Positions 32,101 through 45,457 are shown, counted from the first letter of the stretch. The stretch is DNA of 64,000 nt from Laetmonice hystrix (GCA_965235115.1 OZ249436.1:10976001-11040000); one strand, 5' to 3'. Program-made: numbers and translations. Notes: generated by a model from the sequence alone, not told the origin.

Positions 32101-35100
32101 ACTGCTGTCCCGGAACATGTGCACATCGTGCTGCACATTTTCGTCCCCTTCAATATTTTCCTCTGATTTCCTTTTTAAACAATCCAGGCAAAGGGCAGCA
32201 AAGTCATCGCTCCTCTGCTTCTTTAAAACAAAATGTAACCGGAGCGGCAACTTAAATACGCAATTTATTACTTGTAATCATGTTGCTACGAAACGAGACA
32301 TGGCCCAGAAATATTTCTTTGTGAGAAAGAGCAGAGATTTGAGGAGCCTTGTGATAAGCACCGGTAAAGGGTATTGGGCCTGTCTTTCGCTATCTTGTCC
32401 ATGTGTTTCGTAAAAGCGTATGTCATATTATGACTGCTTGTTAAAACTTAATTCTTTAATTATCGTCCTGAGTGTATTCATTTAGATGATATCAGTGAGG
32501 TACCGGGACAGTAACTAAGGCCGCCATTTTCTATAGTCTATATAGATTGTTTGTGGCCGTAATAGGCGGAGTGTGAACAGCCCCCCCCCCCCCACCCCAC
32601 CCCACCCACCCCTACCCCACCCCCACCCCCACCCCACCCCACTCTGGACGGTTAACAGGTTGTTTGGGCAGTTTACTGACCACAAGAACTCTAGCAGAAA
32701 CTAGGTCCCCCGTACATAGAAGTATAATTGGAGAGTCTAACACGTAATGAATGCATGGGGCCTAGGTTGTATTTTGAATGATCACAAGTCCGCTTGCCGT
32801 ATGATGGCAAGCTGAGGTCGTTTCATACTTCCATGCCGTGACGTCATAATCATTTTTCGTGTTAGCTATGTGTTTGTCTTTGTTTAGGATAACCCCTCGA
32901 AGCTACACTTGACCATGACAAGAAGGCCTGGTTAGATTGGCCTGCTCTGCTGCCATGGCAACAGATCCGGTCAGGTTCCATTAGGTTGATGATTTTGCTT
33001 TCTTTTCATCATGTAAGTCAACCAAACATGCTTCAGTGTATGGGAAGCCAGAGATGGGGACATAGACTCAGCAGAGAACCATGAATATCGTGAACGACAG
33101 CTTCCCAGCCAATGCAAACCAAGTGCTGAATTAGTCATGCCCCGGCCATGTTTAGTGAGTGGGGGTTTTATGGTCTGGGACATAGGCAAACTACATCAAG
33201 TGCGTGGACCCAGCACGGTAGAGTCAATTAATGGAGGGAGGGTTTGCTTGACAAGGTAACTGAGGACAAATGTCGGTCGTGTGGAACAGGTTCGGGGATT
33301 TCGATAGAATTGAGACGTTCGTCAATGATGTTAGACTACAGGGCTTCAACTGACCATCGTAACGACGTGTATGTGGGACCAGAGAACAGGGATCGAGATA
33401 ATGGGGAAATCGATAAGAGATAAGATATTGGAAGAAAAGGATAAGGTAATGTTTGGTAGATCTGTCTGAGAAGGTTAACGGCACTGTAAGCTGGTTAAGT
33501 AAATTCAGTTTACGCTTTACTTTTACAGTAACATCCAGTCGTTTTGTGGCTACATAAAACAACTTCCGTCTCTAGAAACGAAGGTTGCCAAGAAGAAGGT
33601 TCACCAGACCCGGCAGTGTAAGGATGGAGATGTGTGAGTATGACTGACGATCAGGCCCTAACTACATTATGTATTACATTGCTAACCCATGGCTACGTCC
33701 TGAGGAGACATCTTTACTCACGCACACGGCAAGCTTTGGCCAGTCTGCCACAGTTCATGTTTAACCGACATTGGCGTGTCCCTGTTGTTTTCATTATTAA
33801 ACAGTCATACATGATGTGTATCAGCCTATTTAATATTATATCAGGTGTTTCTATTAAGTAACTATATCCTCGCTGGACACCAAGTTATATTTGTTGGTTA
33901 TATATAGATTTCTGGTGGAGGAGCTGCGGAAGACATTGGTTGCTTTGTGGCAGGGCAGTAAAGGTGCCATCTCTCCCGAGTCTCTCTTCTCCGTCATCTG
34001 GAAGGTCGTACCGAGGTTCAGGTAAAGGGCTTCTTTTGTTACCTCTTGGGTTGCTGGCGAGGGTCGAGAAGAGCATTCGGTTATTTGTCATTGTTAGTCT
34101 GTCCGATGTCGAGTTGAACATCTCTTCTTACACAGTAGGTGAATCAATCTCAGAGAACAGTAATATCCATGGAGGGTATCAATATGATGGTATCATGTTT
34201 TCCCTGTCAATATCCTGTTATTTGTGAATTCCTTTACCTTCAGAGGATATCAGCAACAGGATGCTCACGAGTTTATGCGCTACCTTCTGGACCGGTTACA
34301 CACAGAGCTCTTGACATTGCTACCCTATCCCAACCAAAACTCGCTCTACATCGGACCAAAGGGCAAGTCGACCATCGTCACGGCCATATTTGGTGGTATC
34401 TTACAAAATGAGGTGAACTGCCTTATTTGTGGGATGGAGTCAAAAAAACATGACCCATTCTTAGGTATGCTATCAAGACCACACCCCCTGTTTTGTGAAA
34501 TTTTTTCTTTTTTTGAACATCAGGAAAATAAGGAAACTTGAAAAATGCCACGCCTCATTAGACTCTGATGTTGTAGAGAATTTGACGTACCGGTATTAAA
34601 GGGAGTTTAGTTAGATGAAATGAGCTATATATGTGTGTACAAACGTTTTACTTGCAGACCTTTCTCTAGATATTCCATCACATTTTACGGCAAAGACGCC
34701 CAAACCAAAGGAGGGAGAGACACTCTGCCATATATCAGGTGATTGGGTGATGAAGGGGCGCTTGTAGCTGCTATGTGTGATTGTGAACCCCGGGCTGGGT
34801 GATGAAGGGGCGCTTGTAGCTGCTATATGTGATTGTGAACACGAGGCTGGGTGATGAAGGGGCGCTTGTAGCTGCTATGTGTGATTGTGAACACGGGGCT
34901 GGGTGATGAAGGGGCGCTTGTAGCTGCTATGTGTGATTGTGAACACGGGGCTGGGTGATGAAGGGGCGCTTGTAGCTGCTATGTGTGATTGTGAACACGG
35001 GGCTGGGTGATGAAGGGGCGCTTGTAGCTGCTATGTGTGATTGTGAACACGAGGCTGGGTGATGAAGGGGCGCTTGTAGCTGCTATGTGTGATTGTGAAC

Positions 35101-36983
35101 CCCGGGCTGGGTGATGAAGGGGCGCTTGTAGCTGCTATGTGTGATTGTGAACACCGGGCTGGATGATGAAGGGGCGCTTGTAGCTTCTATGTGTGATTGT
35201 GAACCCCGGGCTGGGTGATGAAGGGGCGCTTGTAGCTGCTATGTGTGATTGTGAACACCGGGCTGGGTGATGAAGGGGCGCTTGTAGCTGCTATGTGTGA
35301 TTGTGAACACGGGGCTGGGTGATGAAGGGGCGCTTGTAGCTGCTATGTGTGATTGTGAACCCCGGGCTGGGTGATGAAGGGGCGCTTGTAGCTGCTATGT
35401 GTGATTGTGAACCCCGGGCTGGGTGATGAAGGGGCGCTTGTAGCTTCTATGTGTGATTGTGAACCCCGGGCTGGGTGATGAAGGGGCGCTTGTAGCTGCT
35501 ATGTGTGATTGTGAACCCCGGGCTGGGTGATGAAGGGGCGCTTGTAGCTGCTATGTGTAATTGTGAACACAGAGCAGTATGTTTGGGGTGTCTTTTCATT
35601 GACCATCACCCAAGCCATTGTAACTATACACAAGCAGTTAGCCAACCCCTTATGCAACCACAAAAAAAACCAAGTCCCACAACTTGGTGGCTAAGCTGGT
35701 TTCCACTGTTAGTAAATATAAAAATATATATTAAAATTATACATAGCCCGTATCTGTCATGACTTTTCTGTAGAGCCGTATAATAATAATGTTTGAACCA
35801 TGTTTCAGACTGTCTAAGTAGCTTCACGGAGGTTGAGGAGCTAGAAGAATCAGAATTGTACTATTGTCACAATTGTAAACAGAAACAACGCTCCACTAAA
35901 AGGTTCTGGATACGCAGGCTTCCTAATGTGAGTTCCCCTACCTTTACTCTTTGTCTGCTGTTAACGTTGAGCTGCCCTTTGAAAGGATGGAATTATTTAT
36001 GTGAAAAGGCTAATAACGGACTTCTTTCTTTCAGAAATATTCAAATGGCACACTGCTCCTAAGACATAACGGCAGGTTGTTTGTGCAGAAAGTTGTGGCA
36101 AGGATAAGTTAGATTTGATTTAAGGTTGTCATGTACTGATCCTTGCAGGTATTATGCTTACATCTGAAGAGGTTTCGATGGAGTACATACTTTAGGGTGA
36201 AGGTGGATACATACGTGGACTTTCCTCTACGAGGACTTGATATGAATAGATACATGCTCAATCAGATGGTAAGTGTCCAATAAGGATGTTGAATTTCTTT
36301 GCCTTTTCTTAAACATCCTTACGAGAGTCTGTTTTCCATTTCATGTCGCTCGGCCATTTTAGTTATATTTCTGAGTAGGATATGCCTGATAACTCGAGGT
36401 GCTATTTACGACCAGTAATTGGGGTGAAACGATATGGTGGAGGTCCTGCATAAATTGTCTCAACTAAAGGTTTTACTGCTGTCTGATTGCAGCATGAGAC
36501 ACGGAACAGCTGTGCTGGCAGCAATGAGTACGATCTCGCCGCCGTCATCGTGCATCACGGATCTGGGTCAGTGGAAAACCTGGCATATCAAATTTATATT
36601 TTACACTTGTGTGTGTGTGTAACTTCGTACCAGTTTAGTCAATTTTGTTAACACATTGTTTGAAAATACATGGGGCAGTAATACTAAGTCAGAATGCGTA
36701 ATTTGTCTCACAGTGGACTGCCCTAGTAAATAACAAAGACCGAGTTTTTAATAGAGTTTTGGTAGAGTATATTTCAGAGTGTGTTTTGGTTTCTGTCTAT
36801 TGCAGGGCTGGGTCAGGACACTACACATCCTATGCCATCCATGAAGGTCGATGGTACCACTTCAATGACAGTTCAGTCAGTGCTTGTGATGAGGAGACAG
36901 TCTCCCGCTGTAAGGCTTACATATTGTTCTATGTACGCCGAGAACTCAAACTGCCCGACTTCCTCAGCCAGGTTAAAGACTAG
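17136..36983 (+). CDS. USP3: Ubiquitin carboxyl-terminal hydrolase 3 (ZnF-UBP + USP domain), 14 coding exons, 513 aa
   Basis: Exons 17136-17223, 20897-20957, 24022-24120, 26272-26355, 26626-26734, 27277-27365, 33529-33633, 33908-34021, 34244-34464, 34658-34738, 35809-35927, 36149-36268, 36493-36566, 36806-36983. All introns are GT-AG and the total is 1542 nt. It shows an MECPHL start, ZnF-UBP ([25 protein letters not shown]), Cys box [19 protein letters not shown] and His box HHGSGAGSGHY...FND. Confidence 0.96.
17873..18303. mobile_element. Non-autonomous TIR element with 7-bp TSD (P-element superfamily-like)
   Basis: 33-bp TIR CACAGATTA(C/G)CATACACAAACAGATTGGAAACG. Perfect TSD GCTAGGA at 17866-17872 and 18304-18310. 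Confidence 0.8.
18750..18925. mobile_element. PIF/Harbinger-like MITE with CAG TSD
   Basis: TIR GCCC(A/T)GGTTTTTAGTT, with CAG at 18747-18749 and 18926-18928. Confidence 0.65.
19800..19975 (-). pseudogene. Possible decayed non-LTR retrotransposon APE endonuclease N-terminus
   Basis: Across frameshifts the minus strand reads TYNC/SGFN...PYI...[20 protein letters not shown], resembling the start of a LINE ORF2 endonuclease. Judged by eye only. Confidence 0.3.
21197..21864. mobile_element. hAT-like MITE with 6-bp TSD, hosting a nested MITE
   Basis: TIR CAGGGGTGGAAATT / AATTTCCACCCCTG, with TSD CATTAA at 21191-21196 and 21865-21870. Confidence 0.75.
21394..21658. mobile_element. Palindromic MITE, copy 2 (same family as 3142-3384), nested
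   Basis: GGCCCGGTTTTTTTGTTTA... / ...TAAACAAAAAAACGGGCC termini in a CWG context. Confidence 0.8.
22387..22596. mobile_element. hAT-like MITE with 5-bp TSD
   Basis: TIR CAGGCCTGA / TCAGGCCTG, with TSD TTATA at 22382-22386 and 22597-22601. Confidence 0.6.
23172..23661. repeat. Tandem triplication, unit about 160-166 bp
   Basis: Units start TTGAGGTCACAGTGGAGAG at 23172, 23338 and 23498. Confidence 0.92.
27831..28488. repeat. Minisatellite, about 9 x 73 bp
   Basis: Unit ACTGCTGACTGCTGCCCACCCAGTCTATAGACGCTCACCATTGATGCTGTGAAATATCGTTAGGTTGGCAGAG. Confidence 0.95.
29386..29641. repeat. Tandem duplication, 2 x 128 bp
   Basis: AAATGGTGCACTTGT... starts at 29386 and 29514, and the copies are near identical. 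Confidence 0.9.
30741..31228. repeat. GC-rich compound minisatellite (36-bp and 12-bp units)
   Basis: Units GGTAGACGACCGGCCAGCCACCCGGCTGGTGGCCCC and CCAGCCGCCCGG. Confidence 0.9.
34744..35570. repeat. Minisatellite, about 16 x 52 bp, starting immediately after the USP3 exon 10 donor
   Basis: Unit CTGGGTGATGAAGGGGCGCTTGTAGCTGCTATGTGTGATTGTGAACNCNGGG, period 52. Confidence 0.95.
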
Positions 36984-37584
36984 ATGGTCATGGATGTGCT
37001 AGTGCACGCGGTGTATTTGTACATGATACATATGGAAAATGTATAATATATAAATATTATATATTATAATGATTTGATGAAGTAAGCTTGGACGAGAAGA
37101 TGGAGGATGAAGTTACCCTGGTTGGTGGAGCCAAGGGCTAAGTCTCACAGCCAAACAAAGCTAGACGTTGTTCCATTGTAGATCTCACGCTGACAAAATA
37201 ATATCACCTTGCATATAACTATTCTAAAGATACTGGTATGTGTTATCTGTCGATATTTGAAGCCGTGAAATCAGTTTAAGTTGAGGTTTAGCGTAAAGAG
37301 CCAGAATCTTGTCAGAAGAGTTGAAGGCGACCTCATAGTGGATCATGAAGAAATTTGTTCCTTTACCGGTGTCATTGTAGCAAAATAATGTCCAAAAATT
37401 ATATAAACGATTGAGGGTTTAATGAGAAAATAAAGACATGCAACGGAGCAAAGATGCTTCTCAACGTCTCGTATATAGAGACTTTGATCCAAGATTAAAT
37501 GTGATATAGGCTGAAGTGTTGGGCGTGAGCAGAGCCAGACCAAGGCAGTAGTTCCTTCCCCTCATTATAATGTGATGTGGCAGT

Positions 37585-37780
37585 GTGTCACCTCGTGTCA
37601 CCTGAGGACCTCGTGTATGGTGTCACCTCATGCATGGTGTCACCTCATGCATGGTGTCACCTCGTGTATGGTGTCACCTCGTGTATGGTGTCACCTCATG
37701 CATGGTGTCACCTCGTGTATGGTGTCACCTCATGCATGGTGTCACCTCGTGTATGGTGTCACCTTGTGTATGGTGTCACC
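37585..37780. repeat. Minisatellite, about 10 x 17 bp, downstream of USP3 stop (probable 3' UTR)
   Basis: Unit GTGTCACCTC(G/A)TG(T/C)ATG. Confidence 0.9.
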
Positions 37781-40591
37781 ATCCGACCAGCCGGCGCCGC
37801 CCTGGGCCCGCTCCACACGGCCGATATATACGAGGCCTACCATTACGACCAGATCAGTGAATTTACATTCTACGGTCAGTTTATAACCGGACCTAGCTCC
37901 CATGTTATCGTGAAAGCCGGAGATGGACAGGGAGGATAGCAAACGACGAGTCGGATAGAAGGACAGGTGTTACAGCCGGTTACAGCCTGGTGACGGTGTG
38001 ATCGGCTGAGCAGGCCGGGAGGGGGGGGGGCACGTGGCCACAGCAAACACCTTCCTCCAGCCCCAGTCGTCTGTCGTGATATGACGTATGATGTCAGTAC
38101 TGTTATCTTTCATCATTACAATGAGAATACCATACATGACATATACATATAATATATATATTTATGGAGTACATTATATTAATGAAAAGGGCCACTGATA
38201 TAAAACTGAGCAGATGGGACGTAAGTTACCGGTAAAAGGGATCAAAAAAAAGGGACGAACAAGAGGAGCTCGAAATCTAGAAAATTGTAAAAATGTTGTA
38301 CAAATATATTTGCCATATTTAGACCATTTTACACTATAAATCTGATGTGATTTGCATATTATGTTCACAAATCGTGATTAAATTAAAGTTATATTGATTC
38401 AGGATATCGGAAACACCGTACAGTGTCGCCGTTTGGCAAGAAGTGTAGATTTGGACAAATGTCTGGATACCGATGCACAGGTGACTCGATGGTGATTTCA
38501 CCCTTTCAGTCGTTGTGATAACCTTGGATAGATATAACCAGAATACAGTAAGAATAATAAAGGAGTCCATTACCACTGGAGGCTTGTAATCTGTGTATTG
38601 AAGGATATAGCCGGTGTAATCTGCTGCTGCTTGGATGGTGTTGTAGTAACTGTGGTAGTTGTGTGTATAGAAGGAACCAGCAGCCACTTGTGATCGGTGA
38701 GACTGCGTAACGGCAGGGTTACCTCCTGCCTACTTGTGCAGGTGAAAGCACCTTGTCTCTGGGCGCTCTACACAAACATAATGTTGTATGATAGACTCGT
38801 ATCCAAGTTAAACGGTAAATGGCTCAGTGGAACAAATGAGAACAAAAGAATGAAACAAAAAACATGAAGTAAGGTGTTAATGAGTTGTCTCTCAGTCATG
38901 AAATAATAAATCTAATCGTCTTGACCAGCTTGCCATGTCAGTGAGTGTTAGTGTCCGTGTGAGGGAAAGTACCGGCCTTTCAGGGAGAGAATCCATTCCA
39001 GTAACCAGTGACATACGTGTCTCCTCCCTTCCTTCCCGCTCAGTCTGGGGGTTGGGGGTTTATATAATGGGGCGGTCTCTAAGGGCGGGGTCCGAGTTCC
39101 TGTCACTCTTTCAGTTTGGCGGGGGGGTGGGGGGTTAATTAGTAGTGACCGTGAGTATATTTGGAGCGATGACCTTTAGGAAATCATAAACCCTGTGTAA
39201 TATACCACTCCTCTTTACCTTTATTGATTTATTAAAGCCATAGTTTTAATGAAGATTTGTCCATGAGGCCTACATACAAAAGGAATCACAGTATTTTTCC
39301 TAATTTTTTTTTTCATATTTATTATTATGTATAAGGTAAAGTTAGTTTTTCATTGAGAGGGAGTCGCCACTCTTGGGTGTTTTCCTGGTTTTGAGGTTTA
39401 TTAGTAGTTAATTCATGAAACCATGACCTAATTTCTTTTCAGGCCGGTATGATTAGTATGACGAATGAGTTTAATTATTTTACCAGATCGAGCTGTTGGT
39501 GTGATAGTGTCGATTAACTAATCGTCTTGGTAATTTAACATATTACAGGTTGAATCATTTCAATTGACAATTAAGAAATGGACAGATTGCATTATAAGTT
39601 CTTTTACATCAGCTGTAACAATAATACTGGGCAATGATCTGCAATCAGAATTTAATATGGATGATATTTCACCATGCTGCCCCAACCATCTTATAAAAGT
39701 CATCTTATCCACTGAGTGAGTGAGGTCACGAAGTGAGACATCTCGTTTTTTCTTTTAATTCTATAAATACATGTGTATTTTGTTTGCCTGTAAAGTATTT
39801 GCATTCCAATGCACAGTGTATGGTTTTTCCGTAGTATCGATACAGTGAAGAAAGCTACACTTGATTTCTTTTCTCTGACATTTAGAGGAGACAACTGGTG
39901 TTCATATGTAACCCTCCTTGTTAAGCTGCTTGATAGAGGTGTAGTCTGCAAGGTAAGTCTGTCCTGTAGGAAGGGGCATGCAAGGTAGGCGGGTAACGAT
40001 AAAAGGAGAATGTACGCTGACTTGGTGCTTTTTATCGGTTTATAAAAGGGGAAACATTTGTGGCAATGTCTCATGGGAATGTGTGGAGTCACTGACTGTG
40101 GGATGTGTTAGTGCCCCTTATTACTTTAGAAGCTGCGCTATAAGATAGGTTTCTTTAACCAAACTCGGCTATGATGCCAGGGTGTTGGCACCCAGACTGG
40201 AATAATCTTGTTCTCCCTAGACTAGAGGTCAATGCTTAGGAAGGAATCGAAATATTGATCTGGAAAATATTTAATATAGAGGCATGCTTCTTTTCGCCCA
40301 CCTTAATGTATTTGGTTAATGTTTGATATTTTGATATTATTCGGACTGTAGATTAGAACAGAAACTATTTCACAAAGTTCCTAACGTTTTGATTGCGTGG
40401 AATGGTTGCGAGAGGAGTCGAGGCAGGCCAAAGTGAGAGAGGTAGTAAGAATTTTAATGACTACCGGGTTTATTAGACTAGGTTTGTGTGTTATGTACGC
40501 TTGCCATGATATACACACATCCTACCTCAGGCTGGCTGCATGACGTCACTGTGAACGAAAAGTTAACGCCGTACGGGACCCAGTACCGTTA

Positions 40592-40774
40592 AGCCGCTTT
40601 CACATGCATGCTGCATGCGGCATGCGGCGTGCGTTTTTGTTAATAATGTAGCCAATGTAAATCGCCGCACACCGCAAACAGGGGGCATGTGAACGGTTAT
40701 ATTTATTGTCAGTTGTTTCATTTCTGCAAAAACGCACGCCGCACGCCGCAAACCGTGTGCATGTGAAAGCGGCT
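40592..40774. mobile_element. PIF/Harbinger-like MITE with TTA TSD
   Basis: TIR AGCCGCTTTCACATGCA / TGCATGTGAAAGCGGCT, with TTA at 40589-40591 and 40775-40777. Confidence 0.8.
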
Positions 40775-41350
40775 TTAGTCCACCAATTTAACGGTCGTAT
40801 CGCCCGATAAACTGTTCGGTGTTCAAAATGTTAGCGAGGATTCTAGCACAATCCATTCTGTGAGCGGTTTTTCTTTTAAGCAAAGTTTTTATAAAACTGT
40901 CGGATTTGATTCAAAATTGTCAAAATATAGATTCTAAATATCAGTAGGCCTGCTTGGAATTCACAAATGGTGTGATTTGGGTCCATCTTTACACTATTAA
41001 TAGGCCTAGGCCTAGTTGATCTCTTTATTACATTAACCTGTTCAGGTATTTCCACGTCTTTGTTCAGTGTGTTTGATCAATGAGATGCGACTTGTTTAGC
41101 GCACCCTGTCCCCACTCCAGCCATGTGCGGCAGTGTCGGGATTGAAATCGGTGTAGGCCTATATTTTCAGACGATGCCCCCAGTCCGATATTACAGGAGT
41201 TGTACGTACCGGCCTGATTTGACCCAACAGCAGAAAGTGGTGTTCGAACATTTAAGAACAGATATGTTTGTTCAGAGGTGGTAATGGATAAGAACTGTCC
41301 AGTATTTATCTGTACTCGACGCGTCTATAGGAGACCAAGAAATAAGAATT

Positions 41351-41420
41351 CCGGTAGGTCTCCCCGGATACCCGGTAGGTCTCCCCGGAAACCCGGTAGG
41401 TCTCCCCGGAAACCCGGTAG
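41351..41420. repeat. Short tandem repeat, about 3 x 21 bp
   Basis: Unit CCGGTAGGTCTCCCCGGA(A/T)AC. Confidence 0.8.
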
Positions 41421-44400
41421 CCCCCCCCCCCCCCCCCGAAACCAACACTGATTCTCACGTTTTCACTGCCTAAGTGAACATTTTCAATCGTCAAAGTCAC
41501 AAAGATCACGGACCCTCGGTTTAGGCCTAGGGTAAAGGCAGAAGTGACTTTTTTCAGGTCCTTTATCCTCTTTCAAAGTCTTTGAACAGAAAATCGGCAT
41601 CTGGTACGTTTCAGTATTTTTCGCAATGACTCTCTTTAACGTAGAAAGGGACCATCAGTGCTGAGCACTGTATACCTTCAGGCGTGTGACGATCTTGACA
41701 AGTGGTCTAAAGGTGGTCACAGGTGCGCTCGTTCGGCTAGACTGTTCCGTACTGTTCCGCACGATTGTGCCTCAAACGCATCGTGATACTGACAAGCCAT
41801 GGTCGCCGAGTGTTCTGCCGCGGCGTGAGGTCGACCTGTGGCCACCTCGCGAGATCGCGCGAGCCCGAACCAGTACTCTTGACGTAATGAAGGTCCTAGG
41901 TTTTGTTTTGATATACCGTGCCACAGTCACGACACTTGACCATCAACAGCCGAGGTAATTCACCGTTTTAATATGTCCAACAAGGTTATTAACACAGTGA
42001 ATGAAGGGAGATAATCAAACAGAAATAAAGCGGCACAACTTAGCAGACAACCCACAGGATGACTCGATTTATTTTATTTTTTTACTTAGGCCTAGAGCCT
42101 CTGAATATGGTAACTCGTGTTAAAAGACTGACAAAATAATAGGATCGTTATTATATTGGATCTTGAGATGTTTGTGAGATGTGTATACGTGGCGATAAGA
42201 ATCGGCGATAAACTTGTACTGTGTAATTATTAAAGATGTGTGCCTGTGAATTTTGTTGGCGTGTGTCGACCCCGTTGACCGACACCTGTGCCCCCTGGTG
42301 AGAGCCTGTAATACTACCGACTGCTGGTGCCCGGATGAGTCACCAATACACCTCAGCTCAAACATTCACGTTTCCTGTTGTTTTTTTTACACTGGCGCTA
42401 TTCCCACCCTTGCCGATTCATAATACATAATAAATATGGCTGTGGTACCGCGGTAAGTTAATAGTTGTAGTGTACCAACATAATAATGAATCTACAATGT
42501 CCTTCTTTACTATCTAGCCTAAATGTAGTAGCCCTGTACATCAATGCAGGTGTACCCCGACGACAACGTTTCCGACGCAGTTGATGCAGGCCTGCCCCCA
42601 AGCGGCAGTTGTTGCTGTTCCAGTTCAGTAGGGCCTAAGTAAAGAAACCCGTACGTATGATGTAATACACATGTATATGCTATTGATATACCAAAAGGTG
42701 TATTATATCCATGGGCGGGGTGGGGGGGGGGCAAGGGGAGCAGTTGTGAACCAAAATAATTCTAGCTCATTGATTTATCCGAACAATTTATTAATACATG
42801 TATTTTACACCTTTACGGCAAGTTGCCACTGGGACTACCTGACAACGTTGTCGGAGGCTTCAGACGGTCTGTAGGGGACACAGATTAGATGGGAGTAAAA
42901 TGATCGGCCAAACGTATGGCCTGCCTCCTGGACAATAAAGGCATGGAAACATGAAACATGAGGCATCCCTACACTACTGGCTACCGTTGTATGCAAGCAA
43001 ACAGTACAGTGAGACCAAACAGTATAGTGAGGAGTCCCTACATGGTGCTGGTTGCCCTAGTACCAAAGCAAAAAGTACAGTGAGGCCAAACAGTAACGTT
43101 ACAGTGAAGCCAAACAGTATTGAGGCCAAACAGTATGGGAGGCCAATCAGTACCGTGAGGAGTCCCTATATCTTACTGGCTGGCCTAGTACCCAAGCAAA
43201 CAGTACAATGAGGTAATAGCAATGGAAGATATAGGCGAGGAGCATCTACTGTTAAAATTCGGAGAAGATACTCAAATGGGAAGTATAGGCTTACATTTCA
43301 CAACCATTTATCTGTAGCGAACGTACGTGACGGAAATGTTTTACAGTTATACATATGGCCAAAAATGATAATTTTGGGGCCGTAATTTAAATTTGACCTA
43401 TCAAAAATGAAGCAAATTTTCGCTTATCATTGCACAATCCTATCTCTCCGCTTGGCGCCACAGGTGCCCGCCAGCCCGGACAGGTATACGTGGTGCTTTC
43501 CTCGGTAGCCGGAAGGTGGCAGTGCAGTCGGATGCGCCGCTGCAGGACAGCACGGTTGCGTTTGCCTGCAACATCTCTGTAATCTTTTTTACTTGGGGAT
43601 GGGATATCTGATGTAGAAAAGGCGTAAAACGATTTCATTTGCCATTGTTAATTAAACTTTTATGGCAAATTGCCATTGGGATTACCTGAGAACGTTGTCG
43701 GAGGCTTACAGACGGTGTGTAGGGGACACAGATTAGATGGGAGTAAAATGATCGACCAAACGTATGGCCTGCCTCCTGGACAATAAAGGCATGGAAACAT
43801 GAAACATGAGGCGTCCCTACACTACTGGCTACCGTTGTATGCAAGCAAACAGTACAGTGAGGCCACACAATACAGTGAGGAGTCCCTACATGGTGCTGGT
43901 TGCCCTAGTACCAAAGCAAAAAGTACAGTGAGGCCAACCAGTACAGTGAAGCAAAACAGTACTGTGAGGCCAAACAGTATGGGCGGCCAAACAGTATAGT
44001 GAGGAGTCCCTGTATCTTACTGGCTGGCCTAGTACCCAAGCAAACAGTACAATGAGGTGGTGGAAGGTATAGGCGAGGAACATCTACTGTTAGAATTTGG
44101 AGAAGATACTCAAATGGGAAGTGTACATTTCACAACTATTTTACAAATGTTTTACAGTTATACATCTGGCCAAAAATGATAATTTTGGGGCCGTAATTTT
44201 AATTTGACGTATCAGAAATGAAGCAAATTTTCGCTTATCATTGCAGATTCCTATGTCTCCGCTGAGCGCCACACATGACCGCCAGCCCGGCCAGGTATAC
44301 GTGTTGATTCCGTCGGTAGCCTGAAGGTGGCAGTGCAGTCGGAGGCGCCGCTTCAGTACAGAACGGTGGCATTTGCCTGCAACATCTCTGTAATCTTTTT

Positions 44401-44808
44401 TTACTTGGGGATGGGATATCTGAAGGCGTACAACGATTTCATTTGGCATTGTTAATTACACCTTTACGGCAAGTTGCCATTGGGACTACCTGAGAACGTT
44501 GTCGGAGGCTTACAGACGGTCTGAAGGGGACACAGATTAGATGGGCGTAAAATGATCGACAAGCGTATGGCCTGCCTCCTGGACAATAAAGGCATGGAAA
44601 CATGAAACACGAGGCATCCCTACACTACTGGCTACCGTTGTATGCAAGCAAACAGTACAGTGAGGCCAAACAGTACAGTGAGGATTCCCTACATGGTACT
44701 GGTTGCCCTAGTACCCAAGCAAACAGTACAGTGAGGCCAACCAGTACAGTGAAGCCAAACAGTACAGTGAAGCCAAACAGTACTGTGAGGCCAAACTGTA
44801 TGGGATGC

Positions 44809-45329
44809 TGTAGCAACCACTTTTGTCATTTTTACCACTTTTGTCACAGGTCACCACTTTTGTCGCACACAATGCCCACCTTTGTCACAGGTCACCACTT
44901 TTGTCCCAAAATATCCCACTTTTGTCGTTCTCGAGGGCACCACTTTATTCATAATTTTCGGACTGTCATGCACCATGCACTGTGCCCACTTTTGTCACAC
45001 CGAACACTTCTTCCTAATAACCTAGTTTTCGACTGAAAATCCCCCCCTCCTGTGATATACCTGGCTACTTGTATGATTCTGGCGTACAATGTATGTAGTC
45101 TCCCCATGTCGGGATAGTTATTGATGTCTTTGTGTGAAATTTGTGCTTAACGCTGCTAATAATGCGTAGGCTCGGAAGTTATAAAATTTGGCACCGGTAA
45201 CAGAAAAGGCCGGAGAAGGCGTGTAAATGTATTTTCAACTTTTTCATTTCATTTTGAACAAAAGGGGATCCTCCCAGCCAGGTCTGCTTCGGTGTGCCGT
45301 GCATAGTAGTGGTAGTATAGAATGTAAGT

Positions 45330-45377
<48 letters not shown>

Positions 45378-45457
45378 GAGACAGAGAGAGACAGACAGAG
45401 GGGAAAGAGAGATAGGGGAGGGCAATAGAGAGAGAGAGAGAGAGGGAGAGAGAGAGA

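Noticed and set aside
41500..41640. Kolobok-like terminus (...CTCTTTAA); another at about 48640-48657
   Set aside because: No partner TIR found in the window.
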